A stretch of DNA of 64,000 nt from Mobula hypostoma. Lineage: Eukaryota. Location of the stretch: positions 110,050,001-110,114,000 of the forward strand of contig NC_086101.1 of assembly GCF_963921235.1 (NCBI RefSeq), given 5' to 3'. The notes beneath the pieces were generated by a model. It saw nothing but the letters and a program-made list of their open reading frames with translations. It had not been told where the DNA came from and ran no database searches. The translations under genes were made by a program, and so were the position numbers. Positions 47,501-60,154 of the stretch are shown here, one piece after another (position 1 is the stretch's first letter; every line of letters starts with the position of its first letter).

Positions 47501-50007
47501 CCTAACAATTGTCTTATAAAGCTTCAGTATTATCTGCTTGTTTTATATTCTATTTCCCTCTAAATAAACGGCAACATTGCCTTTGTCTTTTTGACCACAG
47601 AATTAAATTTCTCGAAGTCTTGCATGAGGACTCCTAAGTCCATTTATATCACTGATGTTTCCTCTCTATTTAGATAATAGTCTGCAATATTATTCCTTTT
47701 CCCAAAATGCATTACGGTACATTTCCCAACATGAAATTCCATCTGCCACTTTTTTGTCCATTCTTCCAATTTGTCCAAGCCCTGCTGCAATTGCTTTGTT
47801 TTCACAGCACTACCTACATCTCCAGCTATCTTCATATCATCCACAAACTTTTCTAGAAAGCCATGAATTTACTATCTAAACCATTGATAAACAGTTTGAA
47901 AAGTAGCAGTCCTATTACAGAACTCTGAGGAACACCACTTGTCACTGGCAGCCAACCAGAAAATGCCTCCTGTATCTCCACTCACTGCATCCTGCCTGCC
48001 AGCCATTTCTCTATTGATGCCAATATCTTTCCTGTGGCACCATAGTTTATCTTGTTAAGCAACCTCCTGTGAGGCAGTTAATCAAATGCCTTATGAACAT
48101 CTCAGTAAGTGACATCCACTGCCTCTCCTTCGTCTTCCCTGTTTGTTACTTCCTCAAAGAATTCTAACAGATATGACCAGCAAGATTTCCCTTAGCAGAA
48201 ATCATGCTGACTTTGACTTATTGTATCGTTGGTCTCCAAGTACCCCGAAACCTCTACATTAATAATGGACTCCAACACTTTCCCAACCATTGAGGTTTGG
48301 CTAACTGGTTAATCATTGAGGTTTGGTTAATCTCTTCCCTTCAAAATGCTTTTTTAGTTGCTCTTTGCTGGGTTTTAAAAGCTTCCGATTCATCTAACTA
48401 ACCACTCACTTCTACCATGTATAACTTTTCCTTGGCTTTTATGCAGCCCTTAACTTCCCTTGCCACCCACTGTGCCTCGCCCTGCCGTTTCGGAACAACT
48501 TCTTCAGTGGGGTATATCTATCCTGGGCTTTGTGAACTATTCCCAGAAACTTCAACCACCCCTGTTCTGCTGTCAGCTCCGCCAGTATCCCCCTCCAACC
48601 CCCCGGGAAAGCAGCTCACTCATGCCTCTGTAATTCCCTTTATTCCATTGTGATACTGATACACGTGACTTAGGCATTTCCCTCTCAAATTGCGGTATCG
48701 TCGCTGCCTCCAAGGGGATCCTTTACGTTAAACTGACTGTTTGATCCGGCTTATTACACAACATTCAATCTAAGAAAGCCTTTCCCCATTTAGGCTAGAA
48801 CATAAATTGTTTAAAAAAAAACATCTCGAAGACATTCAACGAATTCCCTCTCTTGCGAACCGCCACCAAATTGATTTTCCAAATCCCCTTGCGTATTGAG
48901 GTTCTCCATTACAATTCTGAAATCACCCTTATTACATGCCCTTTCCATCTCCCCTTCCAATCTCAACACCACACCTTGGCTACTATTTAGAGGCCCATAT
49001 ATGCATCCCATAATGGTTTCTAACAGAATGAATATGCTTGATACTGGTGTCTGTGTCTGTAATCAGTTTGGATGTTCACCCTCTGACCCCGTGGGTTCCC
49101 TCTCGGTGTTCCGGTTTCCTCCCACAGTCCGCAGACGGACAGGTTGGTGGGTTAATTGGTCATTGTAAATTGTCCCGTGATTGGGCCAGGGTTCAATCGG
49201 GGGCTGTTGAGTGGAGCTTCTCGAAGGGCCGGAAAGGCCCATTCGGAGCTGTAACTCAATAAATAAACTATTTAATAGCATGTCCAATACAAAAACATGT
49301 CAGTATAACTTTTTAGTCCTGTTATACCAACCTCCCACTTGAATTCCCGCCATCCTCTGAATTACATAGATGCTGTCCTTCGTTTTCTTTATCCCAATCT
49401 AGTTGCCACGGTGATCAAATAGACTTTTTAATTCTGGATTTTATCTCCCTCTCACGCAAAGGCACCTCTACATTTATATCCTAATGATAAGCGATTGTTT
49501 GCCAAGAATCAATGGCTGTTTGCAGGCTCCTAACTTCTGTTTCTGGCTACTGCCAATCAACTAATTAACCAATCAATTTCCTCCCAATAATTTGCAAAAA
49601 GTGTCTCTTTCGGGCTTCAGAACTTTTGAACTATGCAATACGTGTGGAGACACAACATTTATCAGAACTCCCGCCTCCTGTTCCAACCTGCGCCTCACTC
49701 GTTTGTGGTGCTGCTTTCCCGCTTCACTGACTCTCCCGTCACCAACTCAACCTCAGTACAGGAGAATTCACCTCACTCCCCACTTTGGCCGCACAAGCCG
49801 ACCCAAGTGTAGAGAGCGGCGGGTGGGGCAAGAGCAAGGGAAATGTCCCGAGGGGTGATGGAGCCCAAGAGCTGGAGGCGGAGTCGGGGGACTGAAGAAA
49901 GCAGAAGCATTGATTCAGTGTCAGTGACAGGGCAGTCGTGAGTCATAGTCAGAGTCACCGACCGACGCGATCAGGTCCAGAGAGGGAGTGTCGGTGGGGG
50001 AGACGCC

Positions 50008-50050
50008 ATGGACGTTTCGCTCTGTCTGGTGTTGCTACAGTTGACAGTGG
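50008..50050 (+). CDS. Gene B exon 1, signal peptide MDVSLCLVLLQLTV
   Basis: Identical to gene A exon 1; G|GTGAGT donor. Confidence 0.88.
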
Positions 50051-51343
50051 GTGAGTAGACCCAGCTTCATTACGTACCTCCTCTATCCCCATTCCCCACC
50101 CCTCCTCTCATCAGCCAACCCCTCCTAACACGCCCTCCAGAATACTCTCTCCGGTGCAGAACCCTCGGCACCGTTTCGAGAGGCCTCCCTCCTGTCCCGC
50201 CTCTCTAATTCAGAGAGAGAGTGTTAGTCCGTGTGATGCCTTCCCCGGCTGCAGGAACAAATGCCTGCATTTGACTAGCACCCTCACAGGAGATTAGGAA
50301 CAGCTCGAAGTGCTTCCCACCCGCTAACGGGTATAAAGAGTTGAAATGAGGAACAGAAGATCCGGGAAAGGCCTGTTGCTAACGTCGGGGTCATAGGTGG
50401 AGGTTTGCGGAGGCGGAGGATTTCTTTTTTTGGAGAGAAACCATTTGTTGCGGCTTGTATAGCTGATCGGAGAGAGGGCAAGAACAGAACGGGCAGAGAG
50501 AGCTCGAAGGGCGACAGTGCGAAATCCGGGTTTTAGTCCATAACCGATTCCCGGGGATAGTTACAGGTTGGAATCCAGTAAAAGGTTTTAATGTGTTTAT
50601 ACAATGAATGACAGATCCTCAGGGGTTAGTTCCAGGCTGGAATCTCATGCAAGGGTCTGCGGTGTTTATACAGTGAATAACAGATCCGAAGGGTTAGTGC
50701 CAGGCTGGAATCTACACACGCAGGAGCACACACACATAGTATTGCAAGGGTTAAATGCGTTTATATGGTCAATAACATTCCCGAAGTATGTAGATTCTGA
50801 AACCTAATCCCTGGGCCCAGGAGTTTAAAGCTGTGTTGCCTGATTCCCCATTGGTGGTCTTAGGCTCAGAGTGTGAAAGGGAATCGTAAAATTTACTATC
50901 GATGTAGGTAAATGTCACGATATTTCAGAATTTCAGGACAATAATGTAATAATGTAATACAATGGAATTTATGATAATCGGCACATAAGCATAAAACTGT
51001 CAACCAATGCGCAAAGCAAGTCAAATTCTGCAAACAGAAATTTTACTGACAACTAGATTTGTAAAGAGATCTTGAAAGTGAGTGTGCAGGTGAGAGAGTG
51101 AGTTCACAGATTCAGTGTGTGAAGTTCTCCACGCCGGGTCAGGGTGCTGGTGGTTGGTAATGCGGGTCTGTTGCAATTTGGATCTAACGGGTTTGAGAGG
51201 AGAAAGAATTGTTCTGGAGTTCGGTCTGTCAATCAGAGGGCAGGGACTTGCCTGGCGCTGAGAGAATTGCGGGCTGATTATCCGCCGGGTGAGATGTGGG
51301 TGGAGGTTCCCAAATGACCATTTGCTCCCTCCCTCTCCCTCAG

Positions 51344-51700
51344 CATGGAGCAGCGGAAATGGCTTCCGGGTGGAGCAGCCGAAATACATCGAGGCCGTAG
51401 AGAACGAGCCCGTCACTCTCACCTGCACCTTTACCCGCCCGGAAATCTCCTCACTCCGAGACATTGACGTTAGATGGAGAGTTCGCAATTACTACACGGC
51501 AGGTATATTCAGATATCTGAATAACCACACACACAAAGATTTCAGAGGCCGGATCAAGTTCCTGGGTTCACCATTTAGAGACAACACAGGCTCCATCCGC
51601 TTACTCCGGGTCAGAGAACTGGACAGCAACATATACTTCTGCAGTGTGGTGATCTTGGGGGAAGTGTACACAGGTCCTGGGACCGTCCTGTCAGTTCAAG
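51344..51700 (+). CDS. Gene B exon 2, IgV domain D1
   Basis: 357 nt, phase 1-1, intact splice sites; 12 amino-acid differences from gene A by hand count. Confidence 0.92.
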
Positions 51701-52833
51701 GTGAGAACCCCTTCCTCTGTCTCAGAGACGGTGGAGTTTGTTGCGGCTGGAGGTGTTGTCTGGGGTTGGGGAGTTGCAGGTGAGGGAGCAACGAGTGGTA
51801 AATGGAGGAAGCTACGGGTTTACGGATTTTACATGTCTCTGTGCCGAATAAGGAATTAGACAGGCAGACGAAGCAGATGAAACTGCGAGAGTCTCACAGA
51901 CACACACAGGCACGAACACACACGTAACAATTCCTGACAGTCCGTGGTGAGAGGGGAGTCGGGGCGGGTATAATGTAATTATGTTGGATAACAGACCCCC
52001 GGGATTCAACTACTGAAGTGGATGTAACTTCGGCGCTCCGTGGGTTTATATATCGATTAAGTGATACTTAGCTGTGAGATGCAGACGGGGATCTAATCCA
52101 GGGGTTCGGGTGTTTCTCTGCAAGAGACCCCAGAGAGTTAGTAGTGAGTGGAATCTTATCCAGGGGTTCATTGAGCTTATGTTGTGAAATACAGATTCCC
52201 AGACGTGAGTTAGACGCTGTGATCTCTGAAACAATCTGGGAGTTTAATATAGAGTATAGCAACTAACCATGAGTTGGGTATGGACCAGAATCTAGTCTGG
52301 TGTTCAGATTGTTTGCCTAACAATGCACAGATGCCCGGGAGTGAGTTGCAGACTGGACTACAATCAAGGGTTCAGAGGTTTTATATTTAGAAATATATGC
52401 CCAGAGAGAGTTTCAGGCTGTGACAGGTTGTTTGCACTTCGGGATTATATATAGATAACAAATTCTCATCTACGTGTTACACGTTGTGATCTAATTCAAG
52501 AGTTTAAACGGTCTTTGTTGAGAATGGCAGGACCCCAAAAGTGAGTTTGATGCTGACATGTAATCTCGGGGCTCAGCGGTTGATGTCTGATTTGCCTAAT
52601 TCCCGATTGGTGGCCACAGGCTTGGAGAGAGGACGATGCTAGCGGTTAGGAATGGGGACTTGTTTTCAGTAAGCATTTGATGGATTTGGAAGGGGAAGGA
52701 TTTAGTCCGGAGGTTAGTTTATTAATCAGAGCGCAGGGACTTGTCTGTTGCTGAGAGTATTATGGGATGATTTTCTGCCGAATGAAATGTGATAGGAAGT
52801 TCCCAAATTATCGTTTGCTCCCTTTTCCCTCAG

Positions 52834-53208
52834 CACGGACCGGTAGCCGTGAGTTCCGGGTGAGGCAGCTGGGGTACCAGGAGGCTGCAGAGAATGGGTC
52901 CGCCATTCTCCCCTGTTCCTTCACTTACCCGGACATTTATACACCCAGAGACATTCATATCACTTGGAGAGTTGGTGGCTTTCATGGTGCAGAGATATTC
53001 GATTCTTCACGAAACAACGCACTCGGGGAATACCGAGGCCGGATCGAGTTCCTGGGCTCCCCATTGCGAGACAAGACGGGCTCCATCCGCTTACATCGGC
53101 TGAAAGGAAATGACTCCAATTTCTATGTCTGCCGTGTGACAATTTTGGAAGATCATCGGAAGCCGACTAGATGGCAAAGCATGTCAGGGACGTTTCTGTC
53201 AGTGAGAG
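52834..53208 (+). CDS. Gene B exon 3, IgV domain D2 with YVCRV and WQSMSGT
   Basis: 375 nt, phase 1-1, intact splice sites; Arg codon CGT at 53133-53135. Confidence 0.92.
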
Positions 53209-53481
53209 GTGAGTCCTGAATCCTTAGCCTGACCTCTGCTCTTGTCTGAAGGTTCTTTCAATTAATCCCTGTGCATCAACCCAGCTTCGTATTTTCACAT
53301 TCTCATCCTGCAGGAGGTCAGTCCACTCAGTCTATCACATCCATACTGACCGATTGACTGCCACCCGCATTAAGCTCACCTCCGGGGGTTCGTCCCTCAC
53401 CTGTGCCTGGATAGTTCAGGTATTGGTGTAGATAATTCCGAAAGGATATCAGTGACTGCTCCGCCCATCTCTCTCTGGCAG

Positions 53482-53574
53482 TGGGTTCCTATGTCTGCCG
53501 TGTGACAATTTTGGAAGATCATGGTCAGCTGGTTGGATGGCAAAGCATCTCGGGGACGTTTCTGTCCGTGAGAG
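53482..53574 (+). other. Duplicated D2 F-G segment forming a possible 93-nt in-frame mini-exon (V)GSYVCRVTILEDHGQLVGWQSISGTFLSVR
   Basis: CATCTCTCTCTGGCAG| acceptor and AG|GTGAAT donor; phase 1-1, no stop; duplicated block spans 53490-53763. Confidence 0.6.
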
Positions 53575-54965
53575 GTGAATCCTGAATCCTTACCCTGACC
53601 TCTGCTCTTGTCTGAAGGTTGTTTCGATTAATCCCTGTGCATCAACCCAGCTTCACGTCTTCACATTCTCATCCTGCAGGAGGTCAGTCCATCACATCCA
53701 TACTGACCGATTGACTGCCACCCGCATTAAGCTCACCTCCGGGGGTTCGTCCCTCACCTGTCCCTATCTATGAGTTTGTCAAATGTCTCTAATGTATGTG
53801 GCTCTACCGCCACCACTGACAGGGTGTTTCATGCACCCACAACTGTCTGTAAATACAAACTTACCTATAAAATCCATCCCCCACCCCATACCTCCCTCCA
53901 GTCACTTTACAAGTACACCACCTTTGATTCAGGATTGCACCCCTGGGAATGTCAGTGTCTGCCCACTGAATACAGGTCTCTTATCATCTTGTGACTTTCT
54001 ATTAAGACACCTCTCATCCTGCACTGCTCCAAAGAGAAAAGCATGAGCTCGCTCAACCTCTCTTCATTGGAAAGGCTCTCTCGTACAGGTACCATCCCTC
54101 TAAATCTCCTCTGTGGCCTTTCTGATGCCTCCACATCTTTCCAGTACTGAGGTAGCCAGAACTGAATGTGATATTCCGAATGTGATCTAATCAAGAACTT
54201 ATAGTGTGGCAACATAATCCCATGGCTCTTGAACTCTTTCCCCTTCACCTTTGACGGCCTACCAACCATATGCTTTCTTAACCACCCTATCGACCTGTAC
54301 AGCACTTTTAATGAATCTGCTCTTCTCTGTGAACTTACTGATCAGCGAGCAACGTCCATGATGAATGATCTAATCAACTGCTTAATATCATTTTCAGGCA
54401 GCTGCCACAGGGCGGGAGGTATAGAGGACTGAAGTCCCACACCACCAGGTTCAAGAATAGCTGTATCCCTTCAGACATCTGCTTCTTGAGATATCCAACA
54501 CAAAACTAACCACTAGTTTAACAGATCAACTCTATGTCAATTTGGACTATAATGGACCTTGATTTTTGTTCTTCTAATCACATTCTTCCTTATAAAGTTC
54601 AAGTCCCCGCTCTCCAAGCCCTGGGATGCTTCTTAAAGTTTGACACACTGATTTCATTCCAGTCTGTCAGTCCCCTTCTCCTCAGGGTGTGGAACATCCT
54701 CGTGCTTGGGACATTGTGTCTGTGCTGAATCACAATCACAACTCTCCGGAGTCGGAAATACTTCAGGATTATTTGGATCCCCCCCCACCCCCCACCCCCA
54801 GTACCCCTGACTCTCCTCTCTCCTGTAGCATTGGGTCACAATCTCCAAACTTGATCCCATGTGTTACCCCTGTCCTTCACAACCGGTTGCTCTCTCCACG
54901 CTCTCCTCCTGTGTATCAGTCACTGCTCTGGATCACAACTCACAGGAGGTTCATTGACCCCACAG

Positions 54966-55100
54966 CAACCTCAGTAACTCAGGAGATGCGGAACCTGAGC
55001 CACGGCTCCATCCTGATAATCCGGACAGCGCTGGTTCTAGTACTGCTGGCAGTGGTGTGGACCACGGGCATTTACCTGATCAAGAGGAGCCCAGTTACAG
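54966..55100 (+). CDS. Gene B exon 4, stalk plus TM (A)TSVTQEMRNLSHGSILIIRTALVLVLLAVVWTTGIYLIKRSPVT
   Basis: 135 nt, phase 1-1; TM Arg codon at 55022-55024. Confidence 0.85.
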
Positions 55101-56389
55101 GTAACCTGCCTTCTCTGTCCTTGCAGATCCTTGTCCGATGGAATGAATCACATCAGCTTCCCATTAGACTTGGTGTACCGTTTATGTACCATCCACAGTC
55201 GAGCACAATCTGGGGCTCTGAATGATGGTTCCAGACTTTGTAACACCCCATCCTCCTTCACTGAAAACTCTACCATGGTGAATCTCAGCATGCCGAGCCC
55301 ATCCATCCCTCTCAGGTCCCCTTCGGAAAACAGCAGCAGGATTAGGCTACTTGGCCCCTCAAATAAGCCCCAGCTTTCAACGAAACTTCAGCAGATGCAC
55401 CCCAGGCCTCATCTCACTTTCCCTGCCATTTGCGAGGACCCTCTCTATCGAAATGTTGGAAAGTCCATCCCCTTCCGCTCTGAAATGCTCCAGAAGATTT
55501 TGCAAAGTATTCCAGAGATGCACCAACTTTTGCATCAGTTTTAAATAACCACCTCCTCCCAGGGACATGAAGGGAGTGGAGATATCTTTATGTAGCCAGG
55601 TTAGTTAACCGTACCATTACTAGTTTTATTAGATCAGTACAAAATCATGGGCCGAATTGCCTTTTCCTGTGATATCCTGCTCTTTACTCACTGGCCACTC
55701 TACTTGGTGCAAAAGTGGAACCCAGTGTAGACTTCAAGTTTAATTTCACATTAATCATCACATATCCATACAGGTGTATACAGTTAAACAAATTCCCATT
55801 TTGAAACAGCTCATCCTGCCCAACCACTTCAAGGTTAGGTGTGTTGTGCATTCAGTGATGCTCTTCTGCACTCCACTGTTGGAACGTGTCGGCATTTCAT
55901 TCACTGTCACCTTGAACCAGACTGCTCGTTCTCCTCTCATCCCTCACATTAATCAGGTGCTTCCACCCACAGAACATCTACTCACGATTTGACATGTATT
56001 ATTCACACTATTCTCTGTAAAGCCTAGAGACTGTTGTGCATGTAATTCATAGGAGATCAACTGTTTTGGAGATGCTCAGTGTAATGTCCAAGTTAGTTCC
56101 ATCACATTTCTTCCGCATTCAGAGGTTTGGTTTGAACAACATCTGAAACTCAACCATTGAACATAGAACATACAAGAGTACAGCACAGTCCAGGCCCTTC
56201 GGCCCACAGTGTTGTGCCGACCCTCAAACCCTGCCTCCCTTATAACCCCCACCTTAAATTCTTCCATATGCCTCCATATATTTGCATGTTTTTTTTTTTG
56301 CATTGAGTTTGTGCCACATAACTGGCTGATTAAATATTTGCATTAACCAGCAGGTGTACAGCTACACCTAATATGATAGCTGCTAAGTG

Positions 56390-59300
56390 TCCATAAGACC
56401 ATAAAATACAGGAGCAGAATGAGGCTATTCAGCCCATAGATTCTGCTCTGCTATTCCATCATGGCTGATCCTGGATCCCACCAATCCACCCACCGCCATA
56501 TACTGTGGTGCTCTGACTGATTAGGAAATGATCGCCTTCTGCCTGAAATACACCCACAGACTTGACCTCTCCTTCAGTCTGTGGCTGAGCATTCCACAGA
56601 TTTACAAATCTCTGGCTAAAAAATTCCTCCTTGCCTCTTTTCTGAAGGATCACCCCTCAATTTTGAGGTTGTGCCCTCTAGTTCTGGATACAGGCACCAT
56701 AGGAAACATCCTCTCCACATGCGCCCTGTCTAGTCATTTGAACATTCTGTAGGTTTCAATGAGATCCCCAGGAATTCTTCTAAATCCCAGTGAGTATCGG
56801 CCCAAAGCTGCCAAACGCTCCTCATGTGTTAACCCCTTCATTCTCAGAATTATCCACAAGAACCTCCAGTAGATTCTTTCCATCGACAACACGTTCTTTC
56901 TGAGATATGGGGCCCGAAACTGTTGACAGTCGTCCAAGTGCAGCCTGACTAGTGTCTTCTTAAGCCTCAGCATTATCTCCTTGAAATAAATGCCAACATT
57001 TCACTTGCCGCCTTTACCAGAGAATTAACCTTCTGGGCGTCCTGCATGAGGACCCCTAGGTCTGTTTGTGCCTTTTTTTGTTTGAATTTTCTCCCCATTT
57101 AGATAATAGTACACACTATCATTCCTTTTACCAAAATGCACTAGCATACATTTCCCAACATTGTATTTCATCTGCCACATTTTTTGCTCACTGTTCCAAT
57201 TTGTCTAGGTCCTGCTGCAATTACATTGCTTCCTCAGCACTACCCATTTCTCCAGCCATCTTTGTATCATCTGCAAACTGTGCCACAAAGCCATCAATTC
57301 CATTATCTAAATCATTCACAAACAATTTCAAAAGTAGCGGTCCCAAAACTGACCCCTGAGGACCACAAACAACAGGAATTCTGCAGATGCTGGAAATTCA
57401 AGCATCAAGCATGCTGGAAATGTGTGTTCCCTGAGGACCACCTTGAGTTACTGGCAGCCAAGCAGAAAAGGCCTCTTTTATTTCCAGTTGCTGCCTCCTG
57501 CCTGTCAGCCATTCCTCTATCCATGTCAGTACTTCCTCAAAGCACTCTAATAGATTAGTAATGTACTCCAACACTTTCCCAACCACTGAGGTTTGGCTAA
57601 CTGGCCTATCATTTCCTTTCTTTTGTCATTCTCCCTTCTTAAAGAATGGATGGACATTCGAAATTTTCCAGCCCTCCAGGACCATGCAGAAATCAAGTGG
57701 TTCTTGAAAGATCATGACCAATGCATCCACTCTCAGTACTCTGGGATGTAGTCCATCTGGCCCATGTGATTTACCCACCTTAAGGCCTTTGAATTTACCT
57801 AGCACTTTTTCCTTTGTAATAGCAATGGCACTGACTCCTGCTGCCTGACATCCACGGACTTCTGGCACACTGCTAGTGTCTTCCAAAGTGAAGACAGATG
57901 CAGAGTACCCATTTAATTCATCTGCCATTTCTTTGTCCCCCATTACTAACTCACCAGCTTCATTTTCAAGTGGTCCAAAATCAACTCTAACCTCCCTTTT
58001 AGTCTTTATATATCTGAAAAAACTTTTGGTATCCTGCTTTATGTTATTAGATACTCTGCCCTCATATTTAATCTTTTCCTTTCTGATAGCTTTGACTTCT
58101 GTTGGATTTTAAAAGCTTCCTAATCATCCAACTTTCCACTCACTTTTGCTAGCTTATATGTCCTTTCCTTGTCTTTTATGCAGTCCTTAAGTTTCCTTAT
58201 CAGTCAAGGTTGCCTACCCCTGCCATGTGAGAACATCTGTGGGACATATCTATCCTGCGCCTTCTGAATCATTCCCAGAAACTTCAGCCATCTCCGCTCT
58301 GCTGTGTGCCCCACCAATATCCTCCCCCAATCCAGCTGGGCAAGCTCCTCTCTCATTCTTCTGTGATTCCCTTTATTCCATTGCGATACTGATACATGTG
58401 TGATGCTTCTCCCAGTGAAATTGAATTCAATCATATTATGATCACTGCCTCCTTAGGTTCCTTTACGTTAAGCTGCTTAATAACATCTGGGTTAATACAC
58501 AACACCCAATTTAAGATAGCCTTTCAGCGAGTAAGCTCAAGCACAAGCTGCTCTAAAAAGCCACCTCGTGGGCATTGAACAAATTCCCCCTCTTGTGATC
58601 CAAACACTATTCTGATTTTTCCAATCCACTTGCAGATTGAAGTCCCCCATTACAATTGTACCATTATGCTTGTTATATGCCTTTTCCCACTCTCTTTGCA
58701 ATCTCAACCCCACATCTTGGCCACTAATTGGAGGCCTATATATGATTGCAATAATGCTTTTTATAACCTTGCAATTTCTTAACTCCACCCACAAGGATTC
58801 AACATTCTATGACCCTATATCACCTCTTTCTAAACATGGAAATCCATATCTTTCCAATAGAGCCACAGCACTGCCTGTGCCTTCCTGCCTTTTGATATAA
58901 AGTATATCCCTGGATGTTAAGCTCCCAGCTATGGCCTTCTTTCAGCCACGACTTAGTTATGCCCACAATGTCAAACTGACCATTCTCTAATTGTGCCACG
59001 AGTTCCTGCACCCTATTCTGAATGCGATGGGCATTTAAATACAACAGCTTCAGTCCTGCATTCTTCACCCTTTTGAACTCTGCCTCTGTGGTACAATTTA
59101 ACTCCTTGCTCTGTCTGTATTTGTAGTCAATCATTGGCTTGTCCTTCCTTGCATTCAACTTACACCCATCATCTACTTGTAAACTTGCTGGCTCATCCTC
59201 AGCTCTATCAAACTGGTTGCCACCACCCTGCCATATTAGTGTAAACCGCTCTCAACAGCTCTTGTAAATCTGCCTGCAAGAATATCGGTCCCCCTTCGAT

Positions 59301-60154
59301 TCAAGTTGAACACATTCCTTTTGTATAGGTCCCACTTGCCCCAGAAGAGGTCCCCATTATCCAGAAATCTCAACCCCTGCTCCTGCTCAAATTCTTCAGT
59401 CACGTATTTGTCTGCCACCTCATTCTATTCCTATCCTTACAGTCGCTTGGCACAGGCGGCGATCCAGAGATTACTATCCTTGAGGTCCTGCTTCCCAGCT
59501 TCCTTCCTAACTCCCTATAATCTTTTTTCAGGACATCCTCCCTTTTCCTTCCCATGTTGTTTGTACCAATTTGTACCACGACTTCCGGCTGCTCACCCCA
59601 CACCCCCTTTTCAAGTTACTGTGGGCACATCCAGAAACATCTCAGGCACTGGAGTCCCTTGTTACTGCTGCCAGCCTCTTCAGTTCCCTACCCTTCTGAG
59701 TCACTGGGCCCGACTCAGTGCCAGAGGCACGGCCGTGGTTGTTTCCCCCAAGCTGGGTCATTCCCTCCCTCCCCCAACAGTATTCAAAATGGGGTACTCA
59801 AAATGGTGACTACACCTCTGTAGCTTCTGTGTTTCACTGATTCACTTTCCCCAACAAGCCGAAGGTCATTGAGCTGTAGCTCCAGATCCCCAACACTGTG
59901 TCTAAGGAGCTGCATCTCGATGCACCTGCACAGATGTGGCCATTGGGGAGGCAGGGAGTCTCCTGGAAATCCTACATCGGATAGTGAGAATAGCACATCC
60001 TCTTCAGAATTGAATAAAGAATGAACTTACCTCGACTCCACCTGTTCTTGCCGAAGCTTCCTTTGGGCCAAAGCCTTCAACTCTGACTCACTGCTCCCAC
60101 GATGACTGCTTGGCTAGGTGGAACCTCTCCTTTATAGAGACTGGGTTTCCCATC
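56390..60154 (-). mobile_element. Degraded CR1 LINE in the last intron of gene B
   Basis: Paralogous to 35740-39526; ORF remnants at 57626, 58537, 58820, 59400 and 59784. Confidence 0.85.

Larger units (their letters stand above)
36093..56746 (+). repeat. Segmental duplication unit B (about 20.7 kb)
   Basis: Colinear with units A and C. Confidence 0.9.
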
